From Octopus vulgaris (lineage: Eukaryota): a DNA stretch of 64,000 nt. A program made the position numbers and the translations under genes. This document shows positions 16,573-30,229 of the stretch, in pieces (position 1 is the stretch's first letter; each line of letters starts with the position of its first letter). The notes below the pieces were generated by a model that was not told the DNA's origin, did no database searches, and saw only the letters and a program-made list of their open reading frames with translations. The stretch spans positions 79,422,001 through 79,486,000 of the forward strand of contig OX597830.1 of assembly GCA_951406725.2 (NCBI GenBank). The letters are read 5' to 3'.

Positions 16573-16613
<41 letters not shown>

Positions 16614-16826
16614 TAATAAAATAGGAGATGGAATGTGTATTTGACTTTATTAATTTACTATTACCCCCAACTGCCTTAGAGCTAATGACATTCCTCACTA
16701 CACAATACTAACAAAACTGATAATCTATTAACCAATCCAATCAACAGCCGCAAACAAAATAATCTACAGTCGCACTCACTCTTCAATACTAAAAAATTGC
16801 TGACCTATTAAACTCTCTCAACTCTT

Positions 16827-19300
16827 CAGTCATCCTGCTCATCATCTCCATCGTTTAACGTTCTCCTTCCATGCTGGCATAGGTTGGACAGCTTGACAGC
16901 AGCTGACCAGACAAGCCTGCACTGTACTTTTGTGTGTGTTTTTGTCATGGTTTTCAGAGCTGGATGCTCTTCCTTATACCTACCACCTTGCAGAGAAGGC
17001 TGGGTGCTTTTTATGTGACAGCAGCACAAGCGAGACCAGTTTTGGCATAGTTTTTACAGCTGGAAGCCCTTCCAAATGCCAATCCTTTTACAGTGAGGAT
17101 AAGATGCCTTTTGAGTGGTACCAGTAGGGTCATCGTGTATCTTTGCAAGTTAGGGCGTGACAGTGAGACAGAGAGACAGAAACAGGTATCTTGCTGTAAA
17201 GGAGCCACATGATTACCCACCCAGAAAGAGAGAGAGAGAGAGTAAAAGAGAGAAAGAGAATGAAAGAAAGAGAGAGGGGAGAGGTGGGAAAGAGGGTTAT
17301 CAAGAAAGAAAATAGTAATCGGTGAGCTGCTGTAATGGAGATAGATGGTTACTTATAGTCGGAGCGGAGAAGATACATGGTTACCCAGAGGGAGAGAGGG
17401 AGGTGGAGAGTATTAACAGGAAAGAGGATAGAAACGTGCGCTGCTGTAAAGGAGATAAATGGTTACCTAACAAGAGGTAACAGCAAGGGAAGGAGGGAGA
17501 GAGCGTGATCAAGAATTAGGGCAAAAACGGATGTATTGCTGTAGAGAAGATGCGGCTGTCTTCATTCATACGTATCACATGTCCACTGAGTAACAGAAAC
17601 TATCTACTACCTCAAGAGAACCTCCTGGGCATTTGAGAGAGCGTCTAAGTGTGCTCTTAGTGCTTATTGTTCTTGTATATCTACCACAAATGAAGATGAC
17701 CTTATCTGTTAATCTACCTGTGATTCCACTGCATTACTTATGTATCCCAAGCTTCCACTGGATGCAGCGAATGGAATTACTTTCACTCCACATATTCATC
17801 AGGGTCATTATTTGACAGAAATATAGTCTTATCTACTCTTTTCCTAACAACAATTCTGGTCATATCTAGGTTAATGTTATGGTCCTTTGATTCCATACCT
17901 GGAATTTCTTCTCCAATTCTGCAACAGATTCTGCAATAATAGTGAGACAATCAGTGTATAGCAGTTCCCATGAGCATCCAGTTTTGAATTAATCATCAGG
18001 GTCTGAAGGACTATGATGAATAGGAGAGGACTAGAGAGTGAGCTCTGGTGAAACCCTATCTGTACTCTAAATTCATCATTGTATTCATTGCTGACTCTCA
18101 CCTTACTGACAGCACCCCTGGACATGGCTTGTATGGCTCTTAGCTTCCTTAGAGACCACCAGATAACAGAGCAGGAGACGTTCTCGAAAGCTTTCTTCAG
18201 GACGACGAAAGCTAAGTATAATGGCTTACTTTTAGCCAAATACTTTTTCTGCATTTGTCTCACTAGAAAGATGGCATCTGTGGTACTCCTCCAAAGTACA
18301 AAACGAAACTGCATCTCATCTAGTTTAATTCTATTTCTAATCACTTCAGCTATAACTCTCATTATAATTTTCAGAAAATGGTCCAGCAGTCTGATACCTT
18401 TGTAGTTGTTTCTAGCTAATGTATCACCTTTATTCTTGTAGCAGCTATCTATAATATTACTATACCAGTCATAGGGATGATGCTTTCCTGAATAAACTGA
18501 TTGACTATGTGAGTGATTTGGGTGTATCGCACACCACCGGATATTTTAATCATCTCGGAAGTGATACTCGATGGTCCAGGGGCTTTCCAGGCCTTCATAT
18601 CCTTAATTTCCCTATCACACTGATATCATCTTTGATGTCTGGTCCTTCAATTGGTTCAATATTTGAAAGACTCTCCTTCTGTCATTCTTTTTCCACATTT
18701 AGTTACCTTTCACAGTGGCACTTCCACGCATCTTCTCTGAGTCACTAAGTGCAGGCATACCATTATCTATTCGCACACATTTCTCACCCACCACATCTTT
18801 GCACTGCTTTGCAATCCTGAACACTTCACGCCTCTGATCCTCACAATGTAGAACATTTGCAAATCGTTCACCTTCTCTTATTCCTTTTGTTATGTAAATC
18901 GGATGCCTAGCTGCCCTTCTGGCTATCTGATATAATTCTCTACTTCCAGCATTTTTCTAGTTTTTCCAGGTCTGTTGTCTTGCTTTTATAGCACTGTCCA
19001 ACTCCTTGTTCCACCACCATGTCACCCACGGCCTAGCTGGGATTTTGCACCAGCCGCAAATTTGGTCTGTGTCCCCCAGTAGATTGTCCCATAGGAATTC
19101 CAATTATCATCTAAGGTATATTTTCCTACCTCCTCTTTCACTTTAACATCAGAGACTTCCATTAACATGTCTCTAAATTTCTGTTTCCTTGTTGGGTCCA
19201 TAACCTTTTCTAATAGGTTTTATCTCTCCGATTCATTCTAACACTAATTCTGAAGTCATTAACTAGACTGTGTGTACACTCTTCACCTAGAAAAAAATTC
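16827..19300 (-). mobile_element. Degenerate RTE related to the intact copy
   Basis: LDEMQF..STTDAIFLVRQ..KPLYLAFV; PHD remnant SNSIRC..HK*CSGITGRLTDKVIFICGR near 17690-17780; related 3' terminus near 16830. Confidence 0.85.
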
Positions 19301-20199
19301 TAATTTGTGAGGAGCTGCCTATCTTATTGACCCGCGAGGAGGTAATTGACCTTATTTATGTTTTTATCAGATTGATAAGTGTTTAGGTGGATATTTGGTT
19401 TTCTGAAGGTAGCAACTCAGAACTCTAGTAGCCTTGTTCCCTCCTGAGGGGCCGAAGAGGGAGCCGATAAACTCGCCGAAATTCCAGCATGACTCAAATT
19501 TATTTATAGAAATCAAGATTTTTGAGAGAAGCATCGACACGCTGGACATAGCATAGGTAAGATATGGAAATTTATAGACACCATCTCAAAGTTTTAACAA
19601 GGCTATAGTAATATATGGATAAAACATCATATCGCATCTACAGTAAGGGAATATATGTGTCAAACATCATATTGTAATTTTAAAATCTATAAGCATCACA
19701 AAGTTTTAGCAAACGTAGACAATTTCATAGTTTGAAATAACAGGCTTACGCATTTTGCGGGGAGACGTACAATAGTCATCCTATCGTATGAATGTTTATA
19801 GCAGCATTGAAGACCGAGTGGGAGAGGAGAAATGAGAGATAGCATGGTCAAAGAGGAAGCAGGTAAACTCGCCAAAATTCTAGCATACAGCAAGTTTATA
19901 GAAATCTAGATTTTTTAGAGGAGCATCGACATGTTTGACACAGCTTAGGTAAGATGTTTCTACAAACATAGACAATTTAATAGTTTGAAAGGAGCATCGA
20001 CACATAGGTAGTATTGGTGAACTGGCAGAATCCTTAGCGAGTCTTCCGAAATGCTTAGTAATATTTCGTCTGCCATGTTCTGAGTTCAAATTTCTTATCA
20101 TACCTCTGGCAGTTGCAATGACAGGACAGTTCTCGTTTACGATACCACATCTTTTGTATTTCAATTACCGGGTACTTATATTTACTTAATTTCTCAAAT

Positions 20200-21977
20200 A
20201 CTTTTACAGATATATTTTTATCAGTGGGATTACTTAGATCTATTAGTCTACAAGTATTTTCTTCTTTTTCCTTAATGACTATGTCTGGTCGATTAACGTG
20301 GATCGCTCTGTCCGTGTTGACTGAAAAATTGAAGAGGATAGTAACATTTTTTTACCTTCAATGACTGGCTCAGGATGATGTTCATATCAGTAAGCAAAAG
20401 AACTGATTTTGTAGTGTTTTTATATTTGCCAATGTAAATACTGTCCTACCCTATCGTGATGAATTTTGTTTTCGTTTGGTGTCAGCACAAGGCAACCCGA
20501 GACGAGATGGTCTATTGTTTCATCAAATCTATCACACAATCTGCATTCATGGTCAGAACCATTTTGAAGAACCTTGGCCTGGTAGTTTTGTACGTGCAAG
20601 CTTTGGTCTTGTGCTGCCAGTATGAAACCTTCAGTCTCTGCTTTCAGTCCTGAGTTTCCCAGCTATTGATGGCTGATGATTGGTCTACATCAGTATTTTG
20701 ACTTCGAAGTATATAGTATACATGCAGAGGCTTCTGGTTGTACTGTTCCTCAATTTGTTTCTGCCCGTTCCTTTTTGCAGTCTGCTTGATTTGTTTTGCT
20801 TGTTTTGTGGCAATGGCTTCAGATCCTTCATCTATTTCAGGGTTAATACCAAGTTCCTTTGCAAATTTCCAAACTTCGACAATCGAATGTGAACTTTTGC
20901 TCCTTTCGTGTTTGCACAGAAGCGTAATCGTCCAGCCTCTGTACTAGATAAGTACCTGTCATTGCCATTTTGGAAGTTTTATAGCACCGTTCTACCTCCA
21001 TCATTCCTCTTCTATTATATCTAGGTAGGTACTGCCTTTGGTTGGTGTATGTCCTTAGACGTTAGTAGCTAATTTGTCTTCCAGTCCAGGTGTTGAAGCC
21101 TTGTAAGATACCAGTTAATGATGCTAAAACTATATTGGACTGCTGGAAGTGCCACCGTCTTAAAGTCTTTAATGCAATTTTTCAAGCTGAATTCAGTTTT
21201 TAGTATGAGTCATATTCTCCTGTAATACTCCTTTCTTATACTTTTCCGTCATAGTAGCATGTTCTATACCATCTCCTTTGTTTATCCTCAGGTATTTGTA
21301 ATTTTCTTGTGAGTCAATCTCTTTGATGATAGCATTGGTAACTAATTTCATGGAAGCTGTTTGCCTGATCTTGCCACTTGTAAAAGTTGCTTTAGTGCAC
21401 TTACCAAGACCAAAATTCTTTTATCATTATTGAGTCAGAAAGCAGTGCATGACATCAGAATGACACTGGGATAAAATATACAAAGCCTAGTATACCCATC
21501 ATGACTACCCGCCTGATAAGGGTACACCAGATACATGCATCACAACCATATGTGTTCGTGATATAGTGAACTCATATCAAGATAAATAGTGCATGAGCTC
21601 ACTAGTGGGGCCCAGTTAGAATTTTCTTCATATTGAGTAGCTCATTCCACTCAAAGTCACTGAATAAGGAATATTGAAGGATGTTGAACGAAACACCAAT
21701 GTCTCCAGAGGTGAATTATCCAAACCCCAAAGAATTCCTCTCAATACATGGCTATGATGCTCCCCAACTACTTCTGCTCATGATCAGAGATGCACATATC
21801 ATCAGCTACCAAGGGACATGCTCAACTGGTTAAGGTCAAGCAACTGACAAGCAAATTGAGAAGAATATTTGCTGTAGCCCATCTTTTATATCAAGACAAT
21901 ACAATGTACATGATTACACTTCCAATCAGTTAAGATCCGAAGCCACGAGAGCCACTGCCTGGTACTGCATCAGGGCA

Positions 21978-22021
<44 letters not shown>

Positions 22022-22628
22022 TGCCTTTGCACAGCTTCTAATGCTGGAGATGTACTACACTGTCAGTTGTTCACTACCAATGAACTAAGGTAACACCTCT
22101 TAGTTTTTGACCACCTTCCAGAGTATTCGACTGGTTCCAAGCAGTGCTGCTTTCTGCAAGTGCTCTACCCTTATTGCAGCCCCTATTTCTTCTATGTACT
22201 TCTCAAGATTTTTCCTCACTGTTCCCAGAGAGCTCCAACAATTATTGGTACTACTGCTACCTTTTATCACCGACCACAACTTCTTAGCTTCCCAAGCTAA
22301 CCTATCATATCTCTTGACTTTTCTTTCTTACTTATCGCATAACTTGTCAGCTGGGCATGCTATGTCTATGATCCAGCATTGATTGTTTTCTTTCTTAATT
22401 AAGACCATGTCCAGCTTCCTATTCTCAATCTCATGATCGTACTGAATCATAAAATCCCATAGGATCTTTGCCTTTCTATTTTCGATAATTCCTTCAGGTT
22501 TGTGGTCGTTCTAAGTTTTTGCTCTGTCAAGTCCATACATGTTGCAAAGTGTGCAAAGTGTCAAATGGACAAGCCTGGCTATATTGTTGTGGCATCTCTT
22601 ATAAAGATCTTAAGAGACGGAATATAAG

Positions 22629-22689
<61 letters not shown>

Positions 22690-24468
22690 GTTCGACTTTT
22701 GCTTTGTATTTGTACAAGTTGGCTCCAAGTCTCATCCAGAGACCTCAAAAGAAAACAAGTTAGAAGTTCATGCTGGTGTTATGAATAGGGTGTCATATAT
22801 TTGGTTTTGCACATAGTATTATTCTAGAGAATGTTTAAGAAAACACAAAAAATATAAGTTTGTTTTAACATCTGAGGTTACATAGACTGTATTTTATGTA
22901 GGACATGGGCAGTTCCCATGAGCACTATCATTTGAATTTCTGCCATTTTTGGGTTTCCTGGTACCTGAGCTAGGTAAAAATCAGCCCCTTTTGCTATTAT
23001 TCATAGGGCACCTATGACAACAGGTATTGTTTTAGTCTTGAGGCTCTACATTTTGCCAATTTGTACCTCAAGATCTTTATACTTGGGCAGTTTTAGGTAT
23101 GACTTGACAAATACATTTACATCGATTGGGACAGTCATATCAATGAGGCGGCATGATTTTTGTCTGAAGTCTTTCAATATAATGTCTGGCCTATTTGCAT
23201 CTATCTTTCTGTCAGTTTGAATGGTGAAGTTCTAGAAGAGTGAGATGTGATCATTTTCAAGCACTGGAGGTGGTTTGTGTTCCCACCAGTTTTTATTATA
23301 GGACAGGTCCAGGTTTTTGCAAATCATTCAGTGAATATTTTGTGTATCAATATCTCAAGCCTGTTGAGATACTCTGTATGCGCAAGAAGACTGCACATGG
23401 AGACAACATGATCAATGGTTTCGTTTTGTTGTTGACATACATGACGTGTTGGCCTGGTAGTTTCTTGTAGGTAGGCATTGATTTTGTGCTACTGTGATAA
23501 ACCCTTCTGTTTCTAAATTTAAGCCAGAAGACATTAGCCATTGATGGGTAAGGGCTTTGTCAACATCGGCATTATTAGCTCTCTTTGGGCATTTGCCATT
23601 GAGAGGTTTTTCTTGCCATTTGTCAGTAAGAATATCTAAAGCAGCAGTTTTAGCACTGGTTTTCATAGGCTTAGCTTTTCCTCTGCTTGTTTCTAGTATA
23701 TCTAATTCTGGAACCTGTTGAATTTGGAATTCACTTAAATATTCTTTTGCCTGTTTTGTTACTGAGTATGATGCTTTCTCGCTTTCATGCTTTGAGACAA
23801 GTTTTTCAGGTAGGTGTCTAAGCCAATTGTGGTAATCTTCATTGTAAATTCCAGTTGTAAATTCCAGTTGTTAATTCCAGTTGTAAAAGTCCACAGACAC
23901 CATCTTTTCTTGGCAGGTAAAGTCGTTCTATATCTGACTTAGGTGTTGCATTCTATGCATTGTCGACAATTGTCGTATTTTTCTGTCAAGATTACATATT
24001 TCAATAATTGACCAGTTAATGATATTGAAACTGTAAGTCATGACTAGTAGGGCTAAAGTATTGATTGCTTCGATCCTGTTTCTTGCATTCGGCTCTGTCT
24101 TGAGTATTGCCCTAACCCTGTGGTAATATTCTCTTCTGATCCTTTCCTTCATCACTGAATGTTTGATTCTGTCCCCTTCAAATTTCTTTAGGTATTTGTA
24201 GCTCTCCGTTGGTTCTAACTCCTTTATGACATTCTACTGGTCAAGATTAACATTGGATGTTTCTGTCATTTTCCCTTTGATAAAAGTAGCTTTTGTACAT
24301 CTATTGAGGCCAAATTGCATGCTGATGCCATCACTGAATTGCACATGGAGACAACATGATCAATAGAGTTATTTTGTTGTTGACATACACTATATGTTGA
24401 GCAGCCACTGTCATTTAATATATTGTCCTGGTAGTTTCTTGTAGGTAGGCATAGATCTTAGGCTGCTA

Positions 24469-24539
<71 letters not shown>

Positions 24540-25802
24540 TTTCATTTTTTTTCTTTCAAATTTGCTTCCATTTCTTGCCGAGTGTTTAGTTTAATGGTAG
24601 GCCATTAAACTAAACTCAATAGTTCATTCTTTTTTTTTTTAAAGTTAAATTAAAATACATGAGTAGTAATAGTTCTCACATCGACAATGCTCTTCTCAAT
24701 ACGTGTGATGTACCAGTTAAGACAATCTTTTGCACTTCTTGCAGGGATGGTAAGCCAGGGATCATTCTCATATAATTTTCGTTTCCCTTCTTGATCATTC
24801 CTAGTGCTCCTACGATCACTGGTATTGTAACCGCCTTGAGATGCCACATTTTCTCAATTTCAATGAGTAGGTCTTTATATTTTCTGAGCTTCTCAAACTC
24901 TTTCGCCGAGATATTATGATTACAGGGGATGCTCATGTCGATCAATAAGCAAACTTTATTGTTTTGGTCTTTCACAACAATATCTGGTTTATTGGCTTTG
25001 ATGGTTCGGTCTGTATGTACTGGAAAGTCCCACAGAATCGTTACATTTTCTCCTTCAGTTACAGCTTCAGGGTGGTGATTATACCACTTGTCGGCAGTTT
25101 TGATATTGTAATGCCGACTTATTAGCCAGTGTAGATATTGGTCAACTCTGTCATGTCTTAATTTATACTCCACTGGTGCTAAGACTTTACATCCAGAGAT
25201 TAGGTGGTCTACTGTTTAAATCATGTCGTTGCAGAATCGGCATTTTGGGTCTGCTCCATTTTTCATCACATTGGCCTGGTAGTTCCGGGTTAATAGGCTT
25301 TGATCTTGAGCAGCCAGGATGAAACCTTCGCTCTCTGCTTTTAGCCCTGAGCTCCGTAGCCACTGATGGGTTTGCTTCTGGTCAACATCAGCTTGTTTGC
25401 TGCGGGCCACATATTTGCCGTGCAGAGGTTTCTTCTCCCACCTATCAGCCAATTGCTCGTGCGCTTTTTTCGTTGCCATTATTTTCACCTTCTTTGCAAC
25501 AATAGTTGCCTTACTTCCCTCAGGTTGTTCAGTTTGGGTATCCTGCACGAGATCAATAGCAAATTTTTTGCTTTCTTTTATGATAGAATGAAGCTTCTTT
25601 CGTCTCTCGTGATTTTCCACGAGCTTTAGCATCCAGTCATTCGTTATTTCAAGATATTTGGCCAGTCCAATTGTGGTTGTTTTGTAAGCTAGTTCAAATT
25701 GGATCAGGCCTCGACCTCCTTGGGCTCTGGGAAGGTAAAGGCGATCTACGTCTGCCTTTGGGTGGTGCATCCTATTACAACTCAGCAGCTTGCGTATTTT
25801 CC

Positions 25803-25860
<58 letters not shown>

Positions 25861-26220
25861 TTATTCTCTTTGCACAGCTTCTAATGCTGGAGATGTACTA
25901 AGGTGTCAGCTGTTCACGACTAGTGAACTAAAGTAACACCCTTTATTTTTTCGAACACCCTCTGGAATATTTGAGTGGTTTCAAGCAATGATGTTTCTGC
26001 AGGTGCTCCATCCTTATTGCTGTTCCCTATTTGTTCCACGTACTTCTAAAGACTTTTCCTCACTGTTCCCAGGGCTTCGACAATTATTGGTACTACTTCT
26101 ATCTTTTTCAGCGACCACAGTTGCGTAACCTCCCAAGCTAACCTGTTATATCTAGTGACTTTTCTTTCTTCCTTATCGCATAACTTGTTGTCAGATGGGC
26201 ATGCTATAATCTATAATCCA
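20200..26220 (-). mobile_element. Cluster of R4/Dong-like fragments separated by (TAA)n tracts
   Basis: Repeated RT C-terminal and RLE segments (RNRIEAINTLAL, KPLNGK..ETEGFI, PD..D..EK..KY). (TTA)n tracts at ~21980, 22630, 24475 and 25805. Confidence 0.8.
24676..25770 (-). pseudogene. Best-preserved R4/Dong 3' ORF: CCHC knuckle + restriction-like endonuclease, one frameshift near 25215
   Basis: HHPKADVDRLYLPR..GGRGL; KPLHG; CRFC; RHDRV; KPDIVV..IDMSIP..EK..KY; PVIVGALG. Confidence 0.88.
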
Positions 26221-27475
26221 CTTCACGGAATTGATCAGGGATACCCTCACTGGATCGAACCAGATGGTGTGTCTAGATGTGGTAAGTCTGTTCACCAAAG
26301 TCCCAACTATCAGCGATTCAAGAAAAACTGGTGACAGACACCTGTCTAAAAGAACGCACTAGTATACCAATAGGAAACTTGATGGAAATGTTGACCTTTT
26401 GTGTAGAAACTACCTACTTCAGAATGGACTGTAATATATATTGGCAGGAAGAGGATTTACCTATGGGTTCGCCATTATCACCGATAAAAGCCAATATATA
26501 CATAGAATACTTTGAGAATTTGGCTTTAGGATCAACACTACTAAAACCAACCCTATGGCTGCAATATGTTGATGACATCTTTATACTCTGGCCCCACCAG
26601 AGAGATGTCCAGGTACTGTTAGATCATGCGAGCTCAATAAAGCCATCCATAAAGTTTACAATTGAAAAGGAAAAAGCCAATCAGCTAGCATTCTTGGACG
26701 TATTAATAACATGCACTAAGTATGGATCCAGTACATCCGTATACCGCAAGCCGACCTTCACTGGACGATACCTCAACTTCAATTCCCACCATCCATACAG
26801 TGTAAATACGTCTTAAACATCAAGCAATGAATATAAGTAGCAATGTGGATACGCACCACGAAAAACCGATCAAGCCAAGTAACAATCTATTAAGCAACAA
26901 CTACCCCCAAAACATACTATCCACTCCAATTATGAAGTGAAGGGAGGTTGAAACCTATAAACTGACTGAAATCTGTCTACTCTATGTGAAAGGCCTCTCC
27001 AAAAAGATACAAAAGATATACAGCCCATATGACATCAGGACAATATTCAAGAGTAATACAACACTTCGCAAATGTCTCCAAATAAAACCACTAATAGAAG
27101 AAAATATGAACAAAGACTGCGTGTACTCCATCCCATGCAGCTGTGGTAGGTTATAAAAAGGCAAAACATGCCCCTTCCTCAAAATAAGGGTAGACAAACA
27201 TCGCAAAGCTGTGACACGAGCAGATATTGATAAATCAGGTATAGCTGATCATGTATAGGAAAATGGAGACCACCTCCCCCTGTGGGATGAAGTTAAAATA
27301 ACAGAGAACACCACTGGAAAATAAGAAAACTAAAAGAAGCAGCACATATGCTAGGACACAACAACCTCCTAAGCAGACTGAGTGCAGATATGAGTAGCAT
27401 ATGGGAACCAGTATTAAGGAAGGATAGGAAAATATTAGATTTATAAGCCCTAAAATTCACTCCATAATTGCCCAC

Positions 27476-27550
27476 GGGCATATGACGTAGTGGTTAAGAG
27501 TGCAGGCTACTAACCCCAAGATTCTGAGTTCGATTCCAGGCAGTAACCTG
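27476..27550 (+). other. tRNA-like Pol III cassette (Ser-like, degenerate)
   Basis: A-box TGACGTAGTGG, B-box GAGTTCGATTCC, loop CTACTAA; acceptor stem poor. Confidence 0.6.
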
Positions 27551-27620
27551 AATATTAATAATAATAATAACATCAGAAAAATACCTTAGGAATGAGAACC
27601 CAGGTTCGAAATTTCCCCAG

Positions 27621-27668
27621 GACACCTGATGAAGGCTGGAGGGTATATCAGCCTAAACGTATTAGCTA
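27621..27668 (+). ncRNA. Degenerate hammerhead
   Basis: CTGATGA-AGGCTG...CAGCC-TAAAC; the G12 position is mutated, so it is probably inactive. Confidence 0.55.
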
Positions 27669-28364
27669 CAAACAAGATGAGGACAATTATCCGTCAAATG
27701 TAAATAATGTATATAATTCCTCATCTTTCAAATTTAGAACTTTTTTAAACATAGTTCGTAAGGATGTGAAGTGTACTATTTAGTTGTCTTTGAAGATTGT
27801 TGGAATTAATTAAGAGATTAGGGGTCCAGACAGGAATGGTGTGATGCATGATGGATCTTTGTGCTGGTCAAATATGGGGCTAAACAGTGTGTATAGTTTG
27901 TTTCAGCTAAGCTCTAGTGAAGGTATTGTTGATAATATTTAGTAGGAAGAACAAGTTATTAAAGACAGAAGGTACTACAGTTTTCTAATTACCTCATGTC
28001 TTTCAACAAGTTGGAACCACAGTGTCTATGAGACCATTTTCCATAAGTTGATAATATTAAGAAAATAAATTACTTTACTTGGTTCAATTTAGAGACATAC
28101 TTTTTAAAGAAAATTTGTTATAAAATACTCAGAATTAAATACATTTATCCAATGAAAATAATTATAAGATTTAACCAGTTGACCAGAAAACCAACAACCA
28201 GGTAAATCATTAAATAAAATATTGATATAAAATTCTGCACCAACGAAATACTCATATAGCCCTTCCTTTTAGGTTTCCTAACTACAGACTTCATCAGATA
28301 TGCAATCATTATAGACTGAATAAACATTTAATAATCTTATTTACAGAATAGTCTGTTTACTAAC

Positions 28365-28474
28365 CTTTACTATTACAACTGGGATGTTGCGTGATATTGA
28401 ATCATACATTGACTTCAGAGTTTCCCGTTTGCCTCCAACCAATACTACAACAGCTGGAACCTTGAATCGAGTCC
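28365..28474 (-). CDS. TRPM: TRPM-family channel, exon E
   Basis: cag|(G)TRFKVPAVVVLVGGKRETLKSMYDSISRNIPVVIVK|gttagt. Matches TRPM 'VPVV..V.EGG..T.......PVVV'. 110 nt, phases 1/0. Confidence 0.92.
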
Positions 28475-28779
28475 CTGAAATTACAAGAGAAAATATAACA
28501 TATATAAGATACAAAATATATTTGATTAGTCCATAAACTATATCTGATTAAGGTACAAAAAACAACTGGTTAAGTTGAAAGAAGTTATAACTGATTAAGG
28601 CAAATGATTACATTCTAAAATATACCTAATTCACATATACAATATAACCCAATTTAGGTCTAAAACAGGGTATGGAATACATTTAAGTAATGTATAAAAT
28701 ATGACTTGACTAAACAATAAAATTTGGTATCAGTTCAGCATTCTGAATTAAAAAAAACAAATCTATATCCTCTTTACCA

Positions 28780-29540
28780 TCATCATTTAATGTCCTCTAG
28801 CCACTTGGCATGGATTGGATAGTTTGACAGTAACTGGTAAGGAGAAGATCATGTCAAGCCCAACTATTTCTTTTGGCATGGTTTCTACAGCTGGATGCTC
28901 TTCTTAATACCAACTACTTTACAGAGTTCAGTGTGATTTTTATGTGGCACCAACACTAGTGAGGTGACCAAGTAACTTGCAGGACAAGACCACTCAACTG
29001 AGGAAGAGATCAGTGTTAAGTGAGGTGGCTTTGTGCCAGGTGAGGATGAATGATGGGATAGAAACAGGTATGTTGCAGTAGAGGAGATACAATGCTATTC
29101 CAGGTGGAAGCAGAGAGAAGAGGGTGAAGAAGATCTGTTGGGGCATTCCATCAAATTACAGGGAGGTGTATATATAGGAACTGGTACAGAGATTGAATAG
29201 GGTGAGTGGGTAGGTAAGTGTGAGAGTGTGGAAGGAGAGTAGAAGATAGAGGGGAGAGGAATGCAGTGAGAGGTGAACCTGGGCGGAGAGAGGAGTATAG
29301 GAAGATACGGTGTAGGTGAGAGCTTCATCAGGGACACTGTGTGCAGGGATATAGACATAAATAATTATGCCTTTAGGGCCTCAAATGTTTACTTAGTTGA
29401 ACAGGTCCTCTGAAGCCCAATGTACCAAACATCAAAGTCCTTTGTCATCTCCCCTGTGAATCTCAAAATCTGGAGGTCATATTTTCCCCACTTTGTCGTA
29501 CAATTTACTAGGACTTTCTCTTTTCCTTAGGTTCCATCGA
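28780..29540 (-). mobile_element. Old RTE 3' fragment
   Basis: 3' terminus like 2162/38593 (CATCATTTAA..GCATGG..TTTCTACAGCTGGATGC) and an ORF-end remnant near 29400-29540. Confidence 0.6.
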
Positions 29541-29603
29541 CACAAACACATAAACGCACGCGCGCACACACACACACATATACACACATATATACATATA
29601 TTC

Positions 29604-29931
29604 TTTTACTCATTTACTTGCTTCAATCATTTGACTATGGCCATGCTGGAGCATCGCCTTTGGTCGAGCAAATCGACCCCAGGACTTATTCTTTGTAAGC
29701 CTAGTACTTATTCTATTGGTGTCTTTTGCTGAACTGCTAAGTTACAGGGACATAAACAGCATCAGTTGTCAAGCGAAGTTTGGGGGACAAACACAGACAC
29801 ACTTACATATATACATATATATGACGAGCTTCTTTCAGTTTCCATCTACCAAATCCACTCACAAGGCTTTGGTTGGCCCAAGGCTATAGTAGAAGACACT
29901 TGGCCAAGGTGCCACGCAGTGGGACTGAACC
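29604..29931 (-). mobile_element. SINE, same family as 9976
   Basis: Colinear with 9976-10290. Confidence 0.85.
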
Positions 29932-30136
29932 CAGAGCCACTCCTACGCCTAAGGACCAAAACCCTTCAAAGGGATGTTAAACATCCGAGTCCACCAGTAC
30001 AATCCAAGGAAAGAATATATAAGAACAATATATTCAGTATTGGTATAATCAATAAATAAAGTATAAGGAAAGGAAAAAAATATAGGCGTAGACAATCTTT
30101 TAATCTTTAATCTAAAATTGGTACAAATCCAATAAA

Positions 30137-30229
30137 AATTCTACAAATTGTTTCCAGTCCTAATTAATTCCAAAAACAAAAATGAAAAAGTCCTTTTTGA
30201 AATCAGAATTAGGCTTTTCTTCAGGAATT
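30137..30229 (-). ncRNA. Hammerhead motif (probable PLE remnant end)
   Basis: AATTC-CTGAAGA-..CCTAATT...AATTAGG..-GAAAC-AATTT-GTA-GAATT. Perfect 5-bp stem I; base of stem II is decayed. Confidence 0.62.

Larger units (their letters stand above)
26223..27740 (+). mobile_element. Degenerate Penelope-like element (RT + GIY-YIG) with 3' tRNA-like segment and hammerhead remnant
   Basis: LDVVSLFTKVP, PMGSPLSP, YVDDIF, FLDVLI, VYRKPT..YLNFNSHHP; GIY-YIG remnant VYSIPCSCG. Confidence 0.85.

Noticed and set aside
21430-21980. HDV-like ribozyme or snRNA at a putative R4/Dong 5' end
   Set aside because: I could not build the nested pseudoknot or a convincing snRNA match by eye; left as unassigned non-coding sequence.
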